DNA of 64,000 nt from an uncultured SAR116 cluster alpha proteobacterium (GCA_902583715.1 CACHXC010000001.1:147049-211048); one strand, 5' to 3'. Shown: positions 42,057-51,290, counted from the first letter of the stretch. The notes: generated from the letters alone by a model not told the origin. Numbers and translations are program-made.

Positions 42057-42150
42057 GAGATTACTCATCCTCCTCCCAGAGTAATACTTAACACTCCGTT
42101 GACTCAACGCCCCGGTCGATTTCTTCCCCTGAAACGATCGGGGCTTTTTT
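42057..42150 (+). ncRNA. AbcR/cuckoo-like anti-SD sRNA candidate
   Basis: Hairpin ATTACTC-[ATCCTCCTCCCA]-GAGTAAT, then GCCCCGGTCG..[TTCCCCT]..CGATCGGGGC-TTTTTT. Confidence 0.55.
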
Positions 42151-42396
42151 CTCCATTTCAAAAGGATCTATGCCATCTGCCACCTTTAGTAGAGACGCAA
42201 AATGGCGCTTTCGCGTCTCAGCAAGTGAAACTTCTGGATATTTACCAAGTCCCATTTCCTTGGCTTTTTTGTTTAGCATATAGCGAAAGGTCCATTTGCC
42301 TCGGCCTGGAGAGGATAATGTGAGATATAGCCCGCGTCCGTCATGTACACGCTTGCCGATTGGAAGGTTTTTGATTTTTAAATTTGTAAGTCTCAC
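42088..42396 (-). pseudogene. Truncated tyrosine integrase (arm-binding domain only)
   Basis: Near-copy of the N-terminus of the 52072-53283 integrase (HDGRGLYL, KEMGLGKYPEVSLAE); similarity ends near 42145. Confidence 0.85.
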
Positions 42397-42553
42397 TGTT
42401 AAATCTCCAGCCCACAAACCAGCCCACAAATGAGGCTGAATAAATGTGACTTACAGTGAAACGCTGTGACGCGGGCAAATCAACGTATCCCAAGCTCAGC
42501 AAAGGAATTTGACGTTGGTTGACTAAATTTGATGAAGCTAAATGGCGGAGAGG
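42150..42553. repeat. ~400-bp direct repeat, copy 1 (copy 2 at ~53037-53440, offset 10887)
   Basis: Near-identical from ~42227 to 42553, more diverged at 42150-42226; ends in TGGCGGAGAGG, the tRNA 3' end. Confidence 0.9.
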
Positions 42554-42914
42554 TCCTCCGCCTAACTTCACTGTAAGCCGTTGTTTTCAATATCTGAAAA
42601 TATCACAAAAAATTACAGCCTACAAATGGGTCTACAAGCATAAAAAAAGCTACGGGCTAATCATCTTGTAACCTGAGGTGCCTGTGATAGCAAAAACTGT
42701 GGTCTCAAGAATAAAGCCGATAGTAATAGCAGTAAAAAACCTATTGCGGTCTGATACACCAAAATTGACAAATATCGGTTTGCCAAAATAGTAAACAAAA
42801 ATAAACACAAATGCGGTCATTGTTTTGTTGCCTTAATGACATGTGATCAGTCTCTCGTCCAAAAGGAGACAGATCACAAATATCTGTCCGATACGGTCTG
42901 TGTGGGCATCAAGA

Positions 42915-43226
42915 TTATTTTTGCCACTCTTTTCCGTAACCCCAATCATCGGTCTGGAAACATTCTTTTTCTGGTGGTCCTGCCAATAAGCGCGCAAAGT
43001 CTTCCCCGCTTCGCTCAACTCTTTTCGCAAAATAAGTGTTAAAATCTTCCTCGCTTTTCCAAACCTCAGCAAATTTTAGAGTGTTTGTGTCTCTCGACGA
43101 AGAAGTGTGGATTGACATGCAGCCCTCAAAACCCCGAGTGAACGCGAGTTCTTCTTTTGCGAGAGCATGAAATTCGTCAAAACAACCATCTTTAGTTGTG
43201 ATCGTAATATGCATAGTGACTGACAT
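42915..43226 (-). CDS. Antibiotic biosynthesis monooxygenase (ABM)-domain protein
   Basis: TRGFEGC, EVWKSEEDFNTY. Confidence 0.75.
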   Translation of the reverse strand: MSVTMHITITTKDGCFDEFHALAKEELAFTRGFEGCMSIHTSSSRDTNTLKFAEVWKSEEDFNTYFAKRVERSGEDFARLLAGPPEKECFQTDDWGYGKEWQK

Positions 43227-43435
43227 TACTTTACCTTTCGGACATGGTTACATGGGCACAGAGCTAATGAGAGATTAATTATCAACCGTGCCTGTTTAGA
43301 ACCGTTCTTATCAATGTTACGAATTGACGCAACCCATTATATCAAGAGCCACTGCGTGTTTCTCAACTACGGTCTATATAGCGTTTGCAGAGGCAATGAG
43401 AGAGGCTAGGGACACATTTTATTTGCTGTCAAAAT

Positions 43436-43750
43436 CTAGTGCTGCATGAAAGCGTCTGGATAATTTGTGAAGAAGTCGTCTGATATCGGGGTCATAACAC
43501 CGCTCTCGATAACGGCACCAGCCTGCCTGCGGGTTTCTGTTAATTCTTTGTCAGCGCCAAATGCTTGCATAGCCTCGACGCTCTCAAACTTAATAACAGT
43601 GTGAAGTTTTGTTGGATCATTTTTCTCGGTACCTGCAAAGAGAAATTGCATGCCCATTCCAGCCATTTTCTCTTTTTGTGAGAACACCATAGATTTCCAA
43701 TGATCGAACCCTTTGGTGATCGTGATTTCGCCTTTAACAATTACAGCCAT
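43436..43750 (-). CDS. DUF3764-like small protein
   Basis: FDHWKSM...FLFAGTEKNDPTKL..VI...AMQAF; AGGAG RBS. Confidence 0.7.
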   Translation of the reverse strand: MAVIVKGEITITKGFDHWKSMVFSQKEKMAGMGMQFLFAGTEKNDPTKLHTVIKFESVEAMQAFGADKELTETRRQAGAVIESGVMTPISDDFFTNYPDAFMQH

Positions 43751-43808
43751 TCCTTTTCTCCTTTAAATGCCATCGCAGAAACCTTGTTGTCTATCTTTTA
43801 ACTTGTCA

Positions 43809-43865
43809 CAAAAAAAGGACCGCGCAAAGGCGGCCCGAGTCTAGGGAGGAAATTAAATGCTATCC
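43809..43865 (-). ncRNA. MmgR/suhB (alpha-r8)-like sRNA candidate, copy 2
   Basis: Minus strand UUUCCUCCCUAGACUC-GGGCCGC-CUUUGC-GCGGUCC-UUUUUUU; 5' end unknown. Confidence 0.65.
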
Positions 43866-43968
43866 TCACTCAATAACGGCTGATTTTGTCTGAATTTCAT
43901 CCTGATTGTGATCTTTGTGTGGCACAGGTGCTTATTCTTATGAACTTTTTTCGTTAAACCGTATGGGT

Positions 43969-44442
43969 TTAATGAAAGACCACCTTGCTTAGGGTGCTGC
44001 GTTGAGGAAAACAATACAGATTGTTTTCGCTCCTAAAACACTCACCTAGTATTTCACCAAGCTTTGAGCGTGTAATCTGCACCTGCACCGCCCCACCTTT
44101 TTTTACTCGATTAGCTTCATTACTAACTTTCAAACACGGAGTGTTGTACTCTATTTCTTGCCATTCGTTGTTCCTGAGCACGCAAATTTCTTTGGGTGTT
44201 AATTCAGTCTCTCCTGCGTCTATTGAAATTAAGGTCGATAGATTGATTTGATCAGCGGGCCTTATTTTAAAATCATTTTTGATTGCCGATATGACTTTAA
44301 CTTTAAATTCTTCATGGACTGCAGGTATCACAGCGAATTGTTGTTTCTTGCCTGCAGACCCAAGAAGCAAATCAAAAAATGGTAACAAAGCTACTGGTAA
44401 TAAAGTGAGCCCTGTCAATGATACGAGTAATATTTTTTTCAT
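43969..44442 (-). CDS. Hypothetical membrane-anchored protein
   Basis: N-terminal hydrophobic helix, four Cys. Confidence 0.55.
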   Translation of the reverse strand: MKKILLVSLTGLTLLPVALLPFFDLLLGSAGKKQQFAVIPAVHEEFKVKVISAIKNDFKIRPADQINLSTLISIDAGETELTPKEICVLRNNEWQEIEYNTPCLKVSNEANRVKKGGAVQVQITRSKLGEILGECFRSENNLYCFPQRSTLSKVVFH

Positions 44443-44564
44443 TTTGATCCAGCAGCGAGTGAATAAGTAGTCAACCGTTTTTGCTCAAATTAAACTAGCA
44501 GTTAGGTTAACAAAACGATACGGCTGAAACGTGTTGTCCAAAATTTTAGGTTTTGAGGAATATC

Positions 44565-45110
44565 ATGAAAAAGTTCATGTTTCGGTTTTTGATATTTCTG
44601 ATGTTATTTGGTGGGCTTGGTCTTTATCGGCTGAATGAGCTCAACAAGATACCAATAAAAGTTGAAAATTTTTCGACTTATAATTTGGTTGAAATTTACG
44701 TGCTTGGAATTGTGATGTCAGTCCTTGGGTATCCGCTATATCCAGAGGTTGCCATTGAGCATTTATCTCTTTACGGACACGAAAAGGGCAGTAGGAAGAG
44801 CGACTTTTTTATGGACTCTCAAGTAGTAAGAGAAGCCATAGAAAATTATGAAGGCCCTGTAAAGCTGACATGGAGCAATTCGGTATACATGGTAGGGCAT
44901 CCTGAGGCGAGGGTAGCGCTAGCACTGAATGGCGCGACACTGTTCAAAGATGGTCAAAAAATATCAATTGAAGTGCCCATAAGGTATCCACAAAACGCGG
45001 TGGCGCCTTTATTGCCTGGTCTGAAGGTACAGGAAGGTTTGTTCTGGGTCTTGCAGCAGAGAGGCTGGTACCACACTGGTATAATGACTTGGACTCATAT
45101 GTTACCATAA
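44565..45110 (+). CDS. Hypothetical membrane protein
   Basis: GAGG RBS, N-terminal TM segment, 181 aa. Confidence 0.6.
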   Translation: MKKFMFRFLIFLMLFGGLGLYRLNELNKIPIKVENFSTYNLVEIYVLGIVMSVLGYPLYPEVAIEHLSLYGHEKGSRKSDFFMDSQVVREAIENYEGPVKLTWSNSVYMVGHPEARVALALNGATLFKDGQKISIEVPIRYPQNAVAPLLPGLKVQEGLFWVLQQRGWYHTGIMTWTHMLP

Positions 45111-45159
45111 TCACTCACGGAAGTTGACGAAGTTACAACGAAATTACTAACGTTTTTTC

Positions 45160-48100
45160 ATGAAAAAAATTGACTCAAGCAGCAAACGAGGTGGCTTCTT
45201 CCTGTTTGGCGACAACTTGTATGTTGCCAATGACGGACGTCCATTCGATCGTAAAGGCGTGATTGCCCTTTGTATGCCTAACCTTAGTGGTAAAGGGGAT
45301 CCCATTGAAGATGATCACGCTGACACGAGAGACCCAGATTGGATATCAGAACTTAATCAGTCGCAACTCGATTTATATCTAAATCATAGAAACAGGCTGC
45401 AAACTGACTTTAAAGAAGAACAAAGTACAATTCGACAGTACGCTGGCAGATGGGTGTTGGAGCTTCTTCAGAATATAGATGACGCGATTGGTTCCGATGA
45501 AGAGAGCAAATACATCGGCACCAAAGGGTTGGGCTTTCTCTCTGTGATGGAAATAGCAGACAACCCACAAATCTTCTCTGGAGCCTTCAGTTTTGGATTT
45601 TCATGTGCAAAAAATAAAATTGCGCTGAAACAAAGCGGATTGCCCGACAGTTTGCTTGAGAATGCGCCTACTTTCCAAATTCCTTGGCCTGCCGAAACAG
45701 ACACTAAAGTTTCCGAATTAATAACACGCGATTTTGCAACTGTTATTAAATTGCAAATCAAAGGAGATAGTCTGGAAGATGTAAAGCTCCAATTGCAAAG
45801 GCTTGATCACCATTTTCTCCTTTTCTCGCAGAATTTAGACGAGCTCACAATCTCGATTGATGGCAAGTCTAAATCCTATAGAAAGACCGCAAAATTAATC
45901 TCAGGTGATAGTGAGCAATCGAAGACAGAAATTAAAATTTATCACACCGAAGACGGAGTAAATGATAAGGACGAGACTTGGGTTAGGTGGCAGAGAAGTT
46001 GGATTAGCAACAAGTTATCAAAAAAACGCTCCAGCTGTATGTTCTGCCTTCCTGTGAAGAGTAACAAATGTGTACCTCACAGCAGAATTACGAATGTCTA
46101 CAATTTTTATCCCACGGAACAATCCTCAGATATCAGAGGCTTTTTACATATTTCATTTGATCTCAGCAGAGACCGTAAACAGTTTTTTATGTGGGGCCTT
46201 AAACAAGACGTAGCTTGGAATAGCAAATTTTGCGAGCCAGAAAACAAACGGTTGGTAGATGAAACAAAGCGACTGATAGTTGACGACGTCTTAAATGACC
46301 CCAGTGTCCCAGCAGAAACTGCGATCAAAACTTTTGCGTCTCTGAACAAACATGACAGCGAACTGGTCAAAAAAGGTGCTCCGTTGAAAAGAGTTCAAGG
46401 AGTCTTGATAAGCGCAATAAAAAGCAACGCATTCCTTCCTCGTTTTGGTGGAGGAAAAACTGACCTAAAAACGATTTCTATTTGGGAGAATGATTTTGTT
46501 GGCTGTCTCGTCGAAAATGAACAAATTCAGAATTGGAACCTTGCGCCAAAATTTCTGGAGTCTTGTTTTGGAGAACTCGAAAGATACAAAGTCAACAAAC
46601 TTAGCCCTCGGAGCGCCATCTCATGTTTGTCTGAAGCAGACTTAAAGTCTGATAATGTTAAGAACAGAAAAAAATTGTCTAAGCTAATTTCTTTCTACAT
46701 GGAAGAAGGTCGAAGCAATGACTACGTTTTATTGAGTTGTTTTCGCAAAATTAAATTCTTGACCGACTTAGGCCAACGGCCTGTTTGTTTGAATGATGAA
46801 GTTTTTGTTAGTGAAAATCTGGCCTGTCCATCGTTCTTTGATACGCCAAAATTAAGTAAGGCCAGTTCGGGGGATCTAACTAGGGATTTTCTGGAAAATG
46901 AGAAGATTCGACAACGCGTCAAAGATGATATTCTTGAGTGTTTTATCAGCGGCGAGAAAGACCTTTTTTTAATCAAGTTCATCAAGCTATTAGATAGGAA
47001 CTCAAGTAATGTTTCACCTGAAGCTTTTTGGGAAAAAAATGGTTTTGCAATACTCACATACGCCTTTGAGTTTTATAGCAAATTTAAAGAGGAGTTTGAG
47101 GAGTGCTTAAGCGACAATGAACCAACATTTTTTGTTCCAGGTGACGGCAGGGCATCCAGTTGGGGTGAAGCAAGTTCCGCTTTCTTCTCTCCAAGCTGGC
47201 TGGGTCATGGACAATTAAAAGAGTGGTTTATTGAATACAGTGAAGAGGATGAGTTCTTGTTGATGGGGGCGTCGGCCTTTGTCAACAAACTGAAGTTGGG
47301 GACTCAAAAAACTTCCAAAAAACAAAAAAGTGATCATAAATCAAAGCAAAATATTACATCATTTCTGTCAATTATCGGCGTAATGCAAACTCCTGCTTTG
47401 CGGAAAATTCCATACTGGACAAAATGGTGGAAAACTATTGAAAAAATAGAACCAGATTATTCGACGATACTGGATCAACACGGTTTTAATCGATGCTGGA
47501 ATGAATACACGATATATGGTTTGCCGACTTTCTTCATGAATTTGACATTGGAGCAATCGTTACCTCTGGCCGCTCAAATTATCGAAACAGCAAAAAATTT
47601 TCCTGCCAAGTATAAATGCTTCGATCAACGCTCAGCTCCAGTAAGTCCTCGGAATTTTAAAAATTTAGCGATTTTCCAACTATACAATTTGAAATGGGTA
47701 AGAATTGGGAAATCCCCACTCAACCCATCTGGTGTATTTTCCCCGAGAGAATGTTTTACAAGTGAGACAGCAAATCCCGTTTTTCCGTCTCTTGAGTCCA
47801 AAAAAATCAAATCAATTCTCGGTGATGGTGCCGACCTTTTTGTAAAAGCTATGCATCTCAATAGCGGTTTATCGGAAGATAGTGTTATCTGGGTAAATTG
47901 GATCAGGATTTTAAGGGATGGTTATGAGACGCTTTTACAAGAAGGTTCCAGCGTAGAGAAATTGAACGCTCAAATACAGGAATTCTATAAAACTTTCATT
48001 ACTCAAACTGATATATCCCTTAGGCTGTTACCACACACTAGAATTCCAGTACTTTCAAAAAATACCGATGATTTGTTTTTTGAATTTTTACCAGCAGCGA

Positions 48101-49623
48101 ATGTGGTTTTTAACAATACTACAATCAGCAATAATGTGCTGTCTGTTCCACTTCGTAAGCTAGGGTTGGGTGTTTTTGTCCTGGAGAGGAGTGATACGGG
48201 CAGAAAAAATTTACAGGAAAGACTTGGTCTTGCTAATTTAACTGAGAGGGTTTCTGTGAGCCATGACTTCCAGAGAGTAGATCCCGACATATCGGAATTT
48301 ACTGCCGAGTGGCTAAAAGACAGGTGGGAGATACTACAAGCGCTGCATAGTCATTTCACCAAAAAATCTTCGACTATTTTATTTGAAGAATTAAAAGAAA
48401 AAATATTTATTTGCAATGATTTGAGAATTATTCTTTGCAGAAAAGATGAAGAAGAAGGTGACGCATCTATTTTTATTGAGCAAAATTACTCTGAGGCTTT
48501 TTCTGACGAAAAGGCCGATACTCAAATTTTTATTCTTCATGATGAAAATAACCGAAATTTGACAGAATACCTATGCAATCATTTATTCAAATGGAGTGGC
48601 TACACTGATCTTGTGTTTAGTTTGATGGAGTCGCCGATCGATCTAAATAGGATCAAAGAGAGGTTACGGCAAAATAATTTGCCAACTAGTCTGATTGATA
48701 ACTTCAGAGCGCTTCATAAGGTTCAAGAAGAGAGCATTCGTAAAGCTCAGCTTTTGGAAGAGGAAGATAGTAGACGCCAATTAGACCGCATTAAAAAACT
48801 TAACAGTGAAAAGCGTTTCAAAAGAAACTCCAACAACAAGCAAGAACCGACGCCAGTAAAGAATTCATCCAAGAAAATAGAAACTACAAACACAACTTAC
48901 TTGGAGACCGCCACAAAATCAGGTGAGACCCAGCAAGGGAAAAAAACTGCTCCAAGTAACGTATCTAATAAACCCGAAAGATCTCGCAGTGCTTTTGGAA
49001 CCCGCATTTCTGGACATTTGAGAGCGAGAAATGAGACTGAAATTGTCGGAAGGGCTTATTTTGACGATGAAGATCAATCCAATTTGGAAAATAAACGCGT
49101 TGGAGAAAAGGCGGAGAAGATAATTCATGGGCTTATCAAAGCAAAGATAAACCCCAATAGACTGGAACATCTAGGCGGCACAAATAAAGGTTTTGATATT
49201 CAATATCAGCTGGAGGGCACTGAGTACTACGTCGAGGTAAAAGGATTGTCTGGTGACTGGAACGATAGTGACGTGCTGCTATCAAGAGCGCAGTTTGAAA
49301 AGGCGCAAAAAGAAGGCGACAAGTTTTCAATTTATGTGGTTGAACATGTTGATGACGATCAACAACGTGAAATTTGGGAAATTAAGGACCCAGCCAGTTC
49401 TTTTAAAAAGATGCAAATAGATCACGGTTGGCGGGATTTTGCGCTCTCGCATAACCAGCTTGAACCCGAGGAGGGAAAGTATCTACTCTTGAATGGAAAA
49501 AGATCGAAAATCACAGCTGTTAAATCTGCAGGTCATTTAAAACGTGTGAGCGTCCAAGGGTCAGATAAAGCAATAATTTACAATCCCAAGACAATGGAAG
49601 TCCTTGAGGATGACCCCAACTGA
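45160..49623 (+). CDS. Sacsin-like GHKL ATPase with C-terminal DUF3883 (NO VEIN-type) PD-(D/E)xK nuclease
   Basis: VANDGRPF, ELLQNIDDA, IGTKGLGFLSV, YNFYPT, FDLSRDRK; C-terminal GEKAE...GFDI...VEVKG. Confidence 0.8.
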   Translation: MKKIDSSSKRGGFFLFGDNLYVANDGRPFDRKGVIALCMPNLSGKGDPIEDDHADTRDPDWISELNQSQLDLYLNHRNRLQTDFKEEQSTIRQYAGRWVLELLQNIDDAIGSDEESKYIGTKGLGFLSVMEIADNPQIFSGAFSFGFSCAKNKIALKQSGLPDSLLENAPTFQIPWPAETDTKVSELITRDFATVIKLQIKGDSLEDVKLQLQRLDHHFLLFSQNLDELTISIDGKSKSYRKTAKLISGDSEQSKTEIKIYHTEDGVNDKDETWVRWQRSWISNKLSKKRSSCMFCLPVKSNKCVPHSRITNVYNFYPTEQSSDIRGFLHISFDLSRDRKQFFMWGLKQDVAWNSKFCEPENKRLVDETKRLIVDDVLNDPSVPAETAIKTFASLNKHDSELVKKGAPLKRVQGVLISAIKSNAFLPRFGGGKTDLKTISIWENDFVGCLVENEQIQNWNLAPKFLESCFGELERYKVNKLSPRSAISCLSEADLKSDNVKNRKKLSKLISFYMEEGRSNDYVLLSCFRKIKFLTDLGQRPVCLNDEVFVSENLACPSFFDTPKLSKASSGDLTRDFLENEKIRQRVKDDILECFISGEKDLFLIKFIKLLDRNSSNVSPEAFWEKNGFAILTYAFEFYSKFKEEFEECLSDNEPTFFVPGDGRASSWGEASSAFFSPSWLGHGQLKEWFIEYSEEDEFLLMGASAFVNKLKLGTQKTSKKQKSDHKSKQNITSFLSIIGVMQTPALRKIPYWTKWWKTIEKIEPDYSTILDQHGFNRCWNEYTIYGLPTFFMNLTLEQSLPLAAQIIETAKNFPAKYKCFDQRSAPVSPRNFKNLAIFQLYNLKWVRIGKSPLNPSGVFSPRECFTSETANPVFPSLESKKIKSILGDGADLFVKAMHLNSGLSEDSVIWVNWIRILRDGYETLLQEGSSVEKLNAQIQEFYKTFITQTDISLRLLPHTRIPVLSKNTDDLFFEFLPAANVVFNNTTISNNVLSVPLRKLGLGVFVLERSDTGRKNLQERLGLANLTERVSVSHDFQRVDPDISEFTAEWLKDRWEILQALHSHFTKKSSTILFEELKEKIFICNDLRIILCRKDEEEGDASIFIEQNYSEAFSDEKADTQIFILHDENNRNLTEYLCNHLFKWSGYTDLVFSLMESPIDLNRIKERLRQNNLPTSLIDNFRALHKVQEESIRKAQLLEEEDSRRQLDRIKKLNSEKRFKRNSNNKQEPTPVKNSSKKIETTNTTYLETATKSGETQQGKKTAPSNVSNKPERSRSAFGTRISGHLRARNETEIVGRAYFDDEDQSNLENKRVGEKAEKIIHGLIKAKINPNRLEHLGGTNKGFDIQYQLEGTEYYVEVKGLSGDWNDSDVLLSRAQFEKAQKEGDKFSIYVVEHVDDDQQREIWEIKDPASSFKKMQIDHGWRDFALSHNQLEPEEGKYLLLNGKRSKITAVKSAGHLKRVSVQGSDKAIIYNPKTMEVLEDDPN

Positions 49624-51290
49624 TGACTTGCCGTATCTTCCCAAAATTAAGTGATGAGAGTTTGGATGATCTCTCTTCAAATGCGGAAGCAAAATTCTAC
49701 AGAGCCTGTAGAGATCAATTACCATCAGAGTTTTTAGTTTTACACTCACTTTCCATGATTTTTGAAAAGACAATAAATGACGGTCATGCCATCGGTGAGA
49801 GCGACTTTATAATTTTTAATCCACATGGCGGTGTATTGGTTGTGGAGGTCAAGGGCGGCGGTATCAGGTATGATCCTATGCGAGAATCTTCATGGTTTTC
49901 CATCGATAGAAGCGGCATTGAATACAAAATCCAGAACCCTTTTGAGCAATCAAAGAACTATCAATTTCGCGTTCTTGATTTAATAAAAAAGCGGGTGAGA
50001 GGGCTAAAAAATACTCATTTTCCGCTTGGTCACTCAGTTGCATTTCCTGACGTGAGAAAAAGTGCTTTGGGACAAATAATCTCTCACAACAGACCCAAGG
50101 AAATAATTGCATGTGCAGAGGATTTAGCGGATTTAGAAACTTGGTATGACGGCGCACACCGCTTCTGGTCTGGTAAGCAAAAAATACAACCCTTGAGCCG
50201 TGAAGGGGTGAGGGAGGTAGAAAGAGTATTTTTAAAACCTGTTTTTGCAAAACCCAGTGTCTCGGCAATTCTTGACGAAGAAGAGACTGCCCGCATTAAA
50301 TTAACTGAAGATCAGGCAAGATTACTCTTCTGCCTGGAACACCATGACCGTGTAAATATTATAGGTGGCGCAGGTACTGGCAAAACTGTTTTAGCAAAGA
50401 AAGCAGCAGAAAAGTTTTCCATTGAAAATAAACGCACTGCTCTAATTTGCTATAACAAAGGCTTGGGTGATGAGTTAGGCACAGCCTTCAGCAATACAAT
50501 GGTTCACGCAGGCACTTATCACTCGTTTTTCATGGGCCTGTTGGGCGACAATTTGAAAAGCTTTGTCGCGGAAGCAAAAGAGGCTTATCCAAAAGCTGAC
50601 CTATGGCAGGTTGTGATGCCATTTGCCTTCATAATGGCTCTGGAAAATAACGAAAAACTTAAATTTGACGCCGTAATTATCGATGAAGGTCAAGACTTCA
50701 ACCCTGAAATGTGGCTGTCATTGGAAATGCTTCTCAAAGATGACGCCTCCAAGATGTTTGTTTTTTCTGATACTCATCAAGGACTGTATTCAAAAATTGA
50801 TAACATTCCCAAGTTGAGTCCACCATTTCTTCTGCAAACAAACTGCAGGAATACCCTACAAATATTTAAACGGGCATATGAGGACTATGATGGCCCGCCG
50901 ATAACTCCCCCAAGCATTCAAGGTGAGCAAATCCAGGAAAAAGTTGACAGCTCAGTGAATTCGCAAGTGGACTATATATGCAATACGTTGAATAAGCTTT
51001 GTATAGAGGGAGATGTCGACAAAGAGAATGTCGTCATACTGGTCGCTGACTCGCAAAACCTTGAGGGTTGCATGAAGCACTTGGTGTCCGCATGCTCAAA
51101 AATTAAATTTGTTGAGCAAGAGCATGTTTCACTGGGGAAGGTAAGAGTCAGCACTGTTAAAAGATTTAAGGGGCTTGAGGCTCCAGTCGTTATTTTGTGG
51201 GGTGCGAAAGACATTCCTGGGTATTCAAGAAAAGAGATCTACTATGTTGGTTTAACTCGAGCAAAATCTCGATGTTTTTTGGTCAACTAG
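49623..51290 (+). CDS. NERD nuclease fused to SF1 (UvrD-like) helicase
   Basis: GESDFII..LVVEVKGG, NPFEQ; GGAGTGKT, IIDEGQD, NCRNT, RFKGLE, YVGLTRAK; TGATG overlap with the upstream gene. Confidence 0.88.
   Translation: MTCRIFPKLSDESLDDLSSNAEAKFYRACRDQLPSEFLVLHSLSMIFEKTINDGHAIGESDFIIFNPHGGVLVVEVKGGGIRYDPMRESSWFSIDRSGIEYKIQNPFEQSKNYQFRVLDLIKKRVRGLKNTHFPLGHSVAFPDVRKSALGQIISHNRPKEIIACAEDLADLETWYDGAHRFWSGKQKIQPLSREGVREVERVFLKPVFAKPSVSAILDEEETARIKLTEDQARLLFCLEHHDRVNIIGGAGTGKTVLAKKAAEKFSIENKRTALICYNKGLGDELGTAFSNTMVHAGTYHSFFMGLLGDNLKSFVAEAKEAYPKADLWQVVMPFAFIMALENNEKLKFDAVIIDEGQDFNPEMWLSLEMLLKDDASKMFVFSDTHQGLYSKIDNIPKLSPPFLLQTNCRNTLQIFKRAYEDYDGPPITPPSIQGEQIQEKVDSSVNSQVDYICNTLNKLCIEGDVDKENVVILVADSQNLEGCMKHLVSACSKIKFVEQEHVSLGKVRVSTVKRFKGLEAPVVILWGAKDIPGYSRKEIYYVGLTRAKSRCFLVN

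Noticed and set aside
42650-42820. 56-codon hydrophobic minus-strand ORF
   Set aside because: No RBS or motif; hydrophobicity is expected from T-rich sequence
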